Virus record (IMG/VR): IMGVR_UViG_3300031994_000089
Span: 3,154 to 67,153 of that record
DNA: 64,000 bases
Source: a virus
Taxonomy: Duplodnaviria > Caudoviricetes
Reading direction: 5' to 3' (one strand)
Made by a program: the position numbers and the translations under genes. Below are positions 49,219 to 57,768 of the stretch, in pieces (positions within the stretch are counted from its first letter, which is position 1; each line of letters begins with the position of its first letter). The notes beneath the pieces are model-generated. The model was not told where the DNA came from and did no database searches. It saw nothing but the letters and a program-made list of their open reading frames with translations.

Positions 49219-49294
49219 TATTTATTTTTTGCAAAAGTGTTTATTTTTGATTATATATTATATATGTAGATAACAATAAAAATATTAGATGAGT

Positions 49295-49325
49295 TCCCGC
49301 ATCTATAAATAAAGTGGGAGAAAGC
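49295..49325 (+). repeat. 31-nt 5' leader element, copy 1
   Basis: TCCCGCATCTATAAATAAAGTGGGAGAAAGC identical to 52896-52926. Confidence 0.9.
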
Positions 49326-49334
49326 GAGTATCGT

Positions 49335-49838
49335 ATGAAAACTACATATACTTCAAAAGAAATTAATTGGATCTGGAGCAACCATGTAACCAAAGAGTAT
49401 TGTGCATCAATGGAGGACAAAATTAATTTTACTAATTCTACTAATACCAATAAAGAAGCTGTATTATTCATGCTTCCTAAAGCTGTACATTATTTTGTGC
49501 ATTATTATTATCTTCATAAAGAATCTCCTGAAACTGAAAGTGCTATCTTTGATACATTTCATCTCGATAAGATAATTCCTTTAGATACTTCTAAGTGGAA
49601 TGATCCTGAGATTATTGAGGATGTATATAATGCGGTGTTATCTTCTACTTTAGGAAATAAAATATACTTTGTAATATGTCAGATGTTAAACTCTGATTAT
49701 TGGAAAGCTTATATGTATATCCAGAAGAATGTAGAAGATGATATAACAAAGAAAATTTTAATGAAAGCTATCAATGGTAAGAAACCATATGATATTATTA
49801 TATCTATGAAAGCTTACAATGAGACTTTTAATTCATAA
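49335..49838 (+). CDS. hypothetical protein
   Basis: ATG 49335 preferred; track start GTG 49314 lies inside the leader hairpin. Confidence 0.65.
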   Translation: MKTTYTSKEINWIWSNHVTKEYCASMEDKINFTNSTNTNKEAVLFMLPKAVHYFVHYYYLHKESPETESAIFDTFHLDKIIPLDTSKWNDPEIIEDVYNAVLSSTLGNKIYFVICQMLNSDYWKAYMYIQKNVEDDITKKILMKAINGKKPYDIIISMKAYNETFNS

Positions 49839-49845
49839 AAGAATA

Positions 49846-49871
49846 CCCCAGTAGAGCAATATCTACTGGGG
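49846..49871. terminator. bidirectional terminator
   Basis: CCCCAGTAGA / TCTACTGGGG. Confidence 0.7.
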
Positions 49872-49879
49872 TTTATTTT

Positions 49880-50620
49880 TTATATCATTGGTGTTAATTC
49901 TACATTATCGCAGAAATCACTAAACCATCCTCTATGATTAATTGTAAGATTACATATTTCTATTCTACTATCTTTACAGTTACTGAATGCTTTTAAATAA
50001 GGACCAAATCCTGTCCTTTCTGGTTTCTTATAAATATCACATTGTTCTGTATGACCAATTAGAATAACTTTACAATTATCATGTATTCTGGTTAATGTCT
50101 TTTTAAGATCATCAAAATAGAAGTTTTGAGCTTCATCTATAATAACAACCTTATGATCAAAGTTTACTCCTCTTAAATATGTATCTGCCATAAATTCTAT
50201 ATAAGCTGTACCATTTTTAAGAGATTGAATATTATTTTCTGATATAATACTAGTTCCTGGATTTATCCCAAGAGTTAATAAAGCATCTACTAATGGTTGC
50301 ATATAAGGTTCAGTTTTAGATGTTTGATCGCCTGGTAAAAATCCTTGTCTTTGCTCTTGAGTAGGAGATATAATATATGTAATCTTATTATAAAATCCAT
50401 ATTGATATAAAAGATTAGCTGCTCCCAAAGCTATAGTAGTCTTTCCCGTTCCAGCTTTAGAATTACATATAATTGCAATTTTTTCTGAGTTCCAGATAGC
50501 ATCTCTGAAATGTTTTTGATCATCATCTAAATCTAATCCATAGAATATATCATCGTCTAAAAATTCTGGCGCGTTCTCCTTTCTATCGAAGTTTAAATTT
50601 GAGTTATTTTTATTTTTCAT
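49880..50620 (-). CDS. phoH: PhoH-family ATPase
   Basis: KAGTGKT, YLRGVNF, IIDEAQN, LTRI..KVILIGH..QCD. Confidence 0.9.
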   Translation of the reverse strand: MKNKNNSNLNFDRKENAPEFLDDDIFYGLDLDDDQKHFRDAIWNSEKIAIICNSKAGTGKTTIALGAANLLYQYGFYNKITYIISPTQEQRQGFLPGDQTSKTEPYMQPLVDALLTLGINPGTSIISENNIQSLKNGTAYIEFMADTYLRGVNFDHKVVIIDEAQNFYFDDLKKTLTRIHDNCKVILIGHTEQCDIYKKPERTGFGPYLKAFSNCKDSRIEICNLTINHRGWFSDFCDNVELTPMI

Positions 50621-50796
50621 ATATAACCTCCATAGAAATATAGTTATATCTATTTTACCATAATGTGAAATTAGTAGAGATATACTATATAAGTATATCT
50701 CTACTATTGTAATTTTGAATTAGATATTATAAATATAATAAACATATATAGAAGCCAGATCCTCTTTTAATAATTAAAAAAAAAGAGGTGATCGAT

Positions 50797-50988
50797 ATGT
50801 TTATTGAATTCTTTGGTGGGAAATCTCCCATAAAATTTGCTAATAGTACAACCCAAATATTACTTACACCTGAGCAAATTTTAGCTGTTGAAAATCGAGA
50901 CCTTTTAACAGCAAAAAGAATAGGATTAAATACTGACATTTATATGTCTTTAATTGATCCTGATTATCCTGTAATAATTTCAGGTTGA
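50797..50988 (+). CDS. small hypothetical protein, paralogue of 52376-52543
   Basis: LTPEQILAV..RDL..YMSLIDPDYP. Confidence 0.7.
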   Translation: MFIEFFGGKSPIKFANSTTQILLTPEQILAVENRDLLTAKRIGLNTDIYMSLIDPDYPVIISG

Positions 50989-51132
50989 TAATATTATAGA
51001 ATCACCTCTTTTACTAATATGTATTAGTGGTGATTCTTTACATTGTTTATTTTTTTTGTAAAAATATAGGTATTCTCTACATTTAAATAATAAATCTTTA
51101 AAAATTATAAAAATTAAGGAGGATGCTTTAAT

Positions 51133-51876
51133 ATGAATAATGATTTATTATTAGCTCTTATTGGGCTTGGTGTAATCGCTATAATCGCAGTTGTATTTGT
51201 ATTATATTCTGTAAAAAGATCTGGAGATAAAAAAGAAGCTGAAAGATTTCTTGATGGGTTATCTAATGAACTTGTTAATATGGTATTAGAAATTATAAAA
51301 TCATTTAAATTTGATGATTTTAAAGATTTATCTGAAGTTGATCTAGAAAAAGTAGAAATAGCTCTAATAAAAAAAATATATGATATATGTTGGAATTATG
51401 TAAAGAAGGTGGTAGAGAAAAAGAATACAGAGAATATGGATTTCTTTACTAAAGCCGTATTATCTTTATTAGAGAATAGAAGTTTCGTTGAAAACTTTAT
51501 TAAGAAACTTGTTGAAGGTGATTCAGATATACAAGATAATATACATGATAAAGCTAGAGTTATATCAATATCTGCTAGTGAAAAGATATTAGAAGAATTA
51601 GAAGAAAGAGAAGAAGAACTCACAGAAGAATTCTCCGATCAAGATAAATATGTAGAAGTATCAAATGAAGAAGATCTTCCTGTTGGTGAAGATGAAGAAT
51701 TAGGGGTGCCAACTGAAGAGGAATTGGCTGAACTTAATCCTCAGAAAGATGAAGAGGAAGAACTAGATCCAGATAATGATCCATCGGTTGAAGTTGTAGA
51801 TGATGATATATATTATGATAAATCTGGTAGACCTAGATCAAAGAAAACTGGTAAATGGGTAAAAATCAATGAATAA
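51133..51876 (+). CDS. membrane-anchored protein with acidic C-terminal region
   Basis: N-terminal TM; E/D-rich region; terminal GRPRSKKTGKW. Confidence 0.7.
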   Translation: MNNDLLLALIGLGVIAIIAVVFVLYSVKRSGDKKEAERFLDGLSNELVNMVLEIIKSFKFDDFKDLSEVDLEKVEIALIKKIYDICWNYVKKVVEKKNTENMDFFTKAVLSLLENRSFVENFIKKLVEGDSDIQDNIHDKARVISISASEKILEELEEREEELTEEFSDQDKYVEVSNEEDLPVGEDEELGVPTEEELAELNPQKDEEEELDPDNDPSVEVVDDDIYYDKSGRPRSKKTGKWVKINE

Positions 51877-52109
51877 TGGGGGACAAATATATGACAGATA
51901 ATGGATTATCTGCTCCTCTCCCTTCTTATAAATTTAGGAAACGCCAAGAAAGAAGAAGAGCAATAAAAATAGGAACTTCTATAAAAAGAACCACAAACAC
52001 TAGAAAAGTTCCATATACTACAAATTATGAATTACAAAGAGATATAAAGGAAAAAGAAATCATTGATGAAATCAATAGACAAAATTTAAATTCTGATTAT
52101 GGTGTGTAA
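51876..52109 (+). CDS. small basic hypothetical protein
   Basis: Coupled TAATG junction. Confidence 0.6.
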   Translation: MGDKYMTDNGLSAPLPSYKFRKRQERRRAIKIGTSIKRTTNTRKVPYTTNYELQRDIKEKEIIDEINRQNLNSDYGV

Positions 52110-52119
52110 AATACAATAG

Positions 52120-52225
52120 ATCTCCTAGGGGTATTGATAACCCCTAGGAGAATCTTTTTTGAGAAGAAGTATATTGTAATAAATTCAGCGACCTCTGGGG
52201 ATAACGAAGCCACCGGACCTATTTA
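52120..52225 (-). ncRNA. candidate small structured RNA
   Basis: GC-rich stem GGUGGCUUC/GAGGUCGCU pairs fully only on the minus strand (4 G.U); AACA-N6-TA just upstream. Confidence 0.35.
52122..52150 (+). terminator. intrinsic terminator hairpin
   Basis: CTCCTAGGGG / CCCCTAGGAG then T-tract. Confidence 0.75.
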
Positions 52226-52375
52226 CATAATTGTTAAAATTTAAAATTTAGAGGTATACCTACACGGTATACCTCTATCCTCCGATTATTTTCTAATTTA
52301 ATTAGATATTATATATTTGATATAGAAACGTAGCATGTATTATATATCAAATAATATAAGAAGGAGGATGAAAGT

Positions 52376-52543
52376 ATGGATGAATATAAATTTCCGATAG
52401 CTTATTTAAACAATAAGTTTCCTGGGTTTATAGGATTAACAATAAAACAAATAATAGCAGTTAAACAAAGAGATTTGTTTGCTTCTAACCTTTCTGCTGA
52501 TGACTATATGTCATTAATTGACCCAGACTATCCGAATGATTAA
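52376..52543 (+). CDS. small hypothetical protein (55 aa, not in ORF track)
   Basis: AAGGAGG RBS; LTIKQIIAVKQRDL..YMSLIDPDYP. Confidence 0.75.
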   Translation: MDEYKFPIAYLNNKFPGFIGLTIKQIIAVKQRDLFASNLSADDYMSLIDPDYPND

Positions 52544-52622
52544 TCCACACCTGTGTACATATAATTATTTTTATATAATAAATACACCTCTATTATATCT
52601 ATGTGATAGAGGTGTTTCTTTT

Positions 52623-52802
52623 TTATACCTTTTCTATTAGTTTTTTATTGTCTCCAGATACTTTATATATCTTTATTTTTTCTTCTGTATATTTCTGTTT
52701 CTTATATATCTTTGCAGCTTGTTTAGCTTCTTTTAAAGATTTAAAATTACTCTCTACGTGACTATCACTTTCTATCTCATAATATTCTCTTATATTTTTC
52801 AT
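52623..52802 (-). CDS. small hypothetical protein (59 aa, not in ORF track)
   Basis: AAGGAGG RBS on minus strand; MKNIREYYEIESDSHVESNFKSLKEAK.. Confidence 0.65.
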   Translation of the reverse strand: MKNIREYYEIESDSHVESNFKSLKEAKQAAKIYKKQKYTEEKIKIYKVSGDNKKLIEKV

Positions 52803-52895
52803 AATAAACCCCTCCTTTATATAATATGTAAATCTTCATATTTATGATTATATATTATAAATATAGAAATAACCATAAAATATAATTAGATGAAA

Positions 52896-52926
52896 TCCCG
52901 CATCTATAAATAAAGTGGGAGAAAGC
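52896..52926 (+). repeat. 31-nt 5' leader element, copy 2
   Basis: Identical to 49295-49325, again downstream of TTATATATTATA (52848-52859). Confidence 0.9.
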
Positions 52927-52936
52927 CGAGGTAAAT

Positions 52937-53785
52937 ATGAATAGAAAAATGATGAGAGAGCAAACACAAAATAGAGAAATTGAAAAATGCAAAGAGAATA
53001 CACCTGAATATCTTAAATATTTAACACTCGATATTTGCGGTACCAAAATGGTACAGATGAATAGATTATTCAAATATGATATTACGCCAGAAACTAATCC
53101 TGAAATATTCGAAATAATTAAAACCAAGAGCCAACAAGAAGTATATATTTCTGTATCTGATGTTATTGAGAAGGAAAAGAAAAAAAGAGATATAATGGAA
53201 ATCTTGGAGGAGATCAAAGAAAATTCACCTGAATATTTTAATAAATTTGTTGATTATTTAAATAATATTACAGATTCATTCAAATTGAGCGAAATAAATA
53301 GATTACTTTCTCACGATATTACGCCAGAAACTAATCCTGAAGTATTTGAATTTATTAAAACTATCGATTATATTTGTGATCTGGATCTGCGGAATTATAT
53401 AAATGCTGTTATAGATAAAGATCTTAGTAAGAAACAGATGGAAAAAGATCTTTGTAAATTTTACAAAAAAGATCTACCATCTGTTGATGATTATGAAAGA
53501 ATAAATATTTATTCTTGTAATTATATCAATGGAATTAGAGAGTTTCCAGATTATATTCACGTTGAAGTTGAAATATTAAGGGGATCTTTGCAAGATAAAA
53601 TTAATTTTGCAACAAAACATAAAAAGCTCATAAGGGATAAAGTATTTGTACAGAAGATATATAATATATTTGGCGAAAATGCCAAATTCTTGAAACTTTA
53701 CGAATATAAATTCTATTCAAAGCCTACAGTTGCTGATTCTGGATTAGTGATTGGTTTATTAAGATTTGAATGGAAAGAGGTATAA
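52937..53785 (+). CDS. hypothetical protein with internal duplicated unit
   Basis: EN[TS]PEY..NRL..DITPETNPE[IV]FE[IF]IKT occurs twice. Confidence 0.7.
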   Translation: MNRKMMREQTQNREIEKCKENTPEYLKYLTLDICGTKMVQMNRLFKYDITPETNPEIFEIIKTKSQQEVYISVSDVIEKEKKKRDIMEILEEIKENSPEYFNKFVDYLNNITDSFKLSEINRLLSHDITPETNPEVFEFIKTIDYICDLDLRNYINAVIDKDLSKKQMEKDLCKFYKKDLPSVDDYERINIYSCNYINGIREFPDYIHVEVEILRGSLQDKINFATKHKKLIRDKVFVQKIYNIFGENAKFLKLYEYKFYSKPTVADSGLVIGLLRFEWKEV

Positions 53786-53944
53786 GTTTATATTACTAGT
53801 CTAGAGGAGTTGCAAGCACCTAAATCTTCTTTAACAAAACTTGCAAATGTAAATGAAGCAGTAGAGTAAAATATCTTTATAATTATATACTTGATAAATA
53901 TATTTATTATATAAATCTGTTTTAATTGAGGAAGGAGGTTATAT

Positions 53945-54838
53945 ATGAGTAAGAAAAAAGTTGTATATGATCATAAAGGTAATAAGTTTAATACAGAAAA
54001 AGAAATGTGTGAATATTGGGGTATAAATTCTGGTGCATTTTACAGTAGAAAACATTATGGTTGGACATTAGAAGAATGTCTAGAAGGTAAAGGTAATGTA
54101 TACGATCATAAAGGTAATAAGTTTAATACTGAAAAAGATATGTGTAAATACTGGAATATAGATTATAATGTATATAAAGATAGAAAACGCCGTGGCTGGA
54201 CATTAGAGGAATGTCTAGAAGGTAAATATGTATATGATCATAAAGGTAATAAGTTTAATGCTGAAAAAGAGATGTGTGAGTATTGGGGTGTAAAGTATAG
54301 TATATATGCTAGTAGAAAATACAAAGATTGGTCATTAAAAGAATGTCTAGAAGGTAAAGATATATATGTATATGATCATAAAGGTAATAAGTTTAATACA
54401 GAAAAAGAGATGTGTGAATATTGGGGTATAGATTATAATACATATAAAGATAGAAAATACAAAGACTGGACATTAGAGGAATGTCTAGAAGGTATATATA
54501 TATATGATCATTTAGGTAATAAGTTTAATAATGAAAAAGATATGTGTGATTATTGGGGCGTAAATTATAATACATATAATAATAGAAAACGCTTTGATTG
54601 GACATTAGAAGAGTGTTTAAATATAATACCACACATATTTTTAGGCAATAATAAAATTATTCATACATATCTTATAGATAACTTATATCTAGAAAAACTA
54701 TTATCTATAGATAATAGTTTATATTGTGAATGTACATTGAATAATAATCCAATAATATTACATTCAGAAATAGTAAAAGATATATGTAGAAAATATAATA
54801 CTAATAGAATATTATCTAGTAAGAATAAAGTTGCTTGA
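53945..54838 (+). CDS. tandem HTH-like repeat protein A (5 repeats plus conserved C-domain)
   Basis: DHKGNKFxxEKEMCxYWGIxYxxYxxRKxxGWTLEECLEG x5. Confidence 0.85.
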   Translation: MSKKKVVYDHKGNKFNTEKEMCEYWGINSGAFYSRKHYGWTLEECLEGKGNVYDHKGNKFNTEKDMCKYWNIDYNVYKDRKRRGWTLEECLEGKYVYDHKGNKFNAEKEMCEYWGVKYSIYASRKYKDWSLKECLEGKDIYVYDHKGNKFNTEKEMCEYWGIDYNTYKDRKYKDWTLEECLEGIYIYDHLGNKFNNEKDMCDYWGVNYNTYNNRKRFDWTLEECLNIIPHIFLGNNKIIHTYLIDNLYLEKLLSIDNSLYCECTLNNNPIILHSEIVKDICRKYNTNRILSSKNKVA

Positions 54839-54853
54839 GAAAGGAGCAAATCT

Positions 54854-56641
54854 ATGAGTGAAAAATTTAAAGAGCAATACAAAACATTAATGGATGCTAG
54901 AGAAAAGCTCCAGAAGAAACATAAGGTTGTTGTCCTTAGATGTACAGGATTTGGTAAAACTTATCTTGCAACAGAACTTATTAAGGACTATAAAAAGGTC
55001 TTATATGTATATCCTGCAGAGATTATTAAATCTACTGTAGAAAATAGATATATGGATCTTGTTGATAAGGAAGATGAATATGGTGCAGATGAAGAGACCA
55101 TTAATACATCTAAAGCTATATCTAAAATTCCTAACTGTACAATGATGACTTATATGAAGCTTGCTATTTTAAAAGATGATGAAATTGAAGATCTTTTGAA
55201 GCAGAAGTATGATCTTATTATATTTGATGAAGCTCATAGAATGGGTGGAAGAAAAGCTAAATATAATATAGAAAGAATTTTAGGCAGATTGAAGAAAACT
55301 AATTACATTGGGCTCACTGCAACTCCTATAAGATCCGATGGTATGGATATAGCTTCTATCTTTTTTAATAATGTTATGGTTTATCCATATTCTATTATTG
55401 ATGCTATGAGAGATGGAATAATCAAGTCTCCAAACTACGTATATTGTGCATATGATACTTGTAATTCTCCAAAGAAATTAACAGAAACTGCACTTACTGT
55501 TGGTGAAGAGATTGGAGATGATCCAGTGAGATCTACTATATTCAAATCGAGAGTTCTTGAAGCTGGAAAAATTGATGAGATTGATATGAGTGAAATTATA
55601 AAAGAATATTGTGACAAATATACTAGTACTAGTTATATGAAGTTTATAGTATTCTTTTCATCTATCAACCAAATGGATTCAAAATTAGATGATGTCATTA
55701 GTTGGTTTGAAGTGGCATATCCAGATCACAAAATTAATACAATGCGAGTATCTAGTAAAAATTCAAAAGAGTCCAAAGATGTAGGTAAAAGATTAAACTC
55801 ACTAAAAAGAAGAAAAAATAATATTGATATTATAGCTTGTATAGATATGCTTAATATGGGTTATCATGTTAATAATATTTCTGGCATTCTAATGTATAGA
55901 GGAACATCTTCGAATATTATCTACGTTCAGCAGTTTGGTAGAGCATTATCATCAGGTTCTTCAAAAACACCATTAGTATTTGATATTGTTGATAATATCC
56001 ATAGAAAGGCAGTATTTGATATTCGTCCTAGTTACTGTAAAAGAAAGAATAATAAATATCTTACAGATTATGAATTAGATGAAGATAATAATCTCGTAGT
56101 TTATGATCCAGAGAATAATGCTTATATTCATACTAATTATTATATGGATGATGACAATAATATTGTTGATGAAAATGGCGACCTTACTGATTTAGAATAC
56201 AATGAAGAAACTGGTAAGATTTATGAAATTGGTGATCCTAGAAAAGAATCTAAGAATCCTAGCATGATAACCGAGGAATGTTTAAATCCTGTAGGTGGAT
56301 TTGCAACTGAAAGGGAAAAGATTGCTAAACTTGAAGGCGAATTATTATCTTTTAAATGTCATTGGGTTCTGGAAACACACTTTAGAGCATGGTGTCTAAA
56401 TAATCACATTATTTATCCTATTTCTAATAGTGATTTAAAGAAGTTTTATGGAAAAGAAAAGAAAGATTTTTATAATTGGTTTATTGATCTTCTTAAAAGA
56501 AAGAAAATCAATTATCCTTTCTATGATATAGAAAAACTTCTTTATATTGGAACAGAAGATTATAATACACCATTAGCAGTTTGTGCTGCTATGAAAAATA
56601 TATCTGTAACTAAAGTATTGGATATATTAGGGATTGCTTAA
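54854..56641 (+). CDS. SF2 helicase (Res/type III restriction-like ATPase core)
   Basis: CTGFGKT, IFDEAH, GLTATP, DMLNMG, QQFGRA; no nuclease motif seen. Confidence 0.88.
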   Translation: MSEKFKEQYKTLMDAREKLQKKHKVVVLRCTGFGKTYLATELIKDYKKVLYVYPAEIIKSTVENRYMDLVDKEDEYGADEETINTSKAISKIPNCTMMTYMKLAILKDDEIEDLLKQKYDLIIFDEAHRMGGRKAKYNIERILGRLKKTNYIGLTATPIRSDGMDIASIFFNNVMVYPYSIIDAMRDGIIKSPNYVYCAYDTCNSPKKLTETALTVGEEIGDDPVRSTIFKSRVLEAGKIDEIDMSEIIKEYCDKYTSTSYMKFIVFFSSINQMDSKLDDVISWFEVAYPDHKINTMRVSSKNSKESKDVGKRLNSLKRRKNNIDIIACIDMLNMGYHVNNISGILMYRGTSSNIIYVQQFGRALSSGSSKTPLVFDIVDNIHRKAVFDIRPSYCKRKNNKYLTDYELDEDNNLVVYDPENNAYIHTNYYMDDDNNIVDENGDLTDLEYNEETGKIYEIGDPRKESKNPSMITEECLNPVGGFATEREKIAKLEGELLSFKCHWVLETHFRAWCLNNHIIYPISNSDLKKFYGKEKKDFYNWFIDLLKRKKINYPFYDIEKLLYIGTEDYNTPLAVCAAMKNISVTKVLDILGIA

Positions 56642-56650
56642 TTTAATTTA

Positions 56651-56680
56651 TTATCCAGGAGATTAATTTCTCCTGGATAA
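56651..56680 (+). terminator. hairpin, ATTAATTT loop
   Basis: TTATCCAGGAG-ATTAATTT-CTCCTGGATAA. Confidence 0.65.
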
Positions 56681-56698
56681 TTTTAAAGGAGGTTATAT

Positions 56699-57733
56699 AT
56701 GGTTATTGATCATAAAGGTAATAAGTTTAATACTAAAAAAGATATGTTTGATTATTGGGGTATAAATTATGATGTATATTATCATAGAAAAAAATTAGGT
56801 TGGACATTAGAGGATTGTTTAGAAGGTAAATACATATATGATCATAAAGGTAATAAGTTTAAATCGGAAAAAGAAATGTGCAGATATTGGAATATAAATT
56901 ATAGTGTATATAAAGGAAGAAAACATACCGGTTGGACATTAGAGGATTGTTTAGAAGGTAAATACATATATGATCATAAAGGTAATAAGTTTAAATCAGA
57001 AGCAGAAATGTGTAAATATTGGAATATAAATTATAGTATATATGATGGAAGAAAATACAGTGGTTGGTCATTAGAAGAATGTCTAGAAGGTAAAGATATT
57101 ATATATATATATGATCATAAAGGTAATAAGTTTAAATCAGAAGCAGAAATGTGTGAATATTGGGGTATAAAATGTAATACATATAAATGGAGAAAATACA
57201 ATGGTTGGTTATTAAAAGAATGTCTAGAGGGCAAAGATATCACATATGTATATGATCATAAAGGTAATAAGTTTAATACATTACAAGATATGTGTAAATA
57301 TTGGGGTATAAATTATAATGTATACGGGGGAAGAAAGCGAAAAGGTTGGTCATTAGAAGAATGTCTAGAGGGTAAAGATATAGAATACATATATGATCAT
57401 AAAGGTAATAAGTTCAATACATTACAAGATATGTGTAAATATTGGGGTATAAAATATAACATATATAAAGCTAGAAAACGCTATGGTTGGGCATTAGAAG
57501 AGTGTTTAAATATAATACCACATATATCTCTAGATAATAAATATATAATTGACGTACATCTTACAGATAATTTATATCTAGAAAAACTATTATCTATAGA
57601 TAATAGTTTATATTGTGAATGTTTATTAGATGATAATCCAATAATATTACATTCAGAAATAGTAAAAGATATATGTAGAGAATATAATATAGAGAGAATT
57701 ATCAAATTACATAAAAATGACACAGAGGATTAA
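56699..57733 (+). CDS. tandem HTH-like repeat protein B (6 repeats plus conserved C-domain)
   Basis: Same repeat and C-terminal LNIIP..DNLYLEK..YCEC..NPIILHSEIVKDICR. Confidence 0.85.
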   Translation: MVIDHKGNKFNTKKDMFDYWGINYDVYYHRKKLGWTLEDCLEGKYIYDHKGNKFKSEKEMCRYWNINYSVYKGRKHTGWTLEDCLEGKYIYDHKGNKFKSEAEMCKYWNINYSIYDGRKYSGWSLEECLEGKDIIYIYDHKGNKFKSEAEMCEYWGIKCNTYKWRKYNGWLLKECLEGKDITYVYDHKGNKFNTLQDMCKYWGINYNVYGGRKRKGWSLEECLEGKDIEYIYDHKGNKFNTLQDMCKYWGIKYNIYKARKRYGWALEECLNIIPHISLDNKYIIDVHLTDNLYLEKLLSIDNSLYCECLLDDNPIILHSEIVKDICREYNIERIIKLHKNDTED

Positions 57734-57743
57734 TTCCTCTGTG
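57721..57743 (+). terminator. hairpin, ATTAATT loop
   Basis: CACAGAGG-ATTAATT-CCTCTGTG. Confidence 0.6.
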
Positions 57744-57768
57744 TTTATATTTTTAAAGGAGGTTATAT

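Noticed and set aside
49285-49325. Hammerhead ribozyme (GAUGA...GAAA around a stem)
   Set aside because: Core reads UAGAUGA rather than CUGAUGA, two extra bases precede the stem, and no stems I/III are evident
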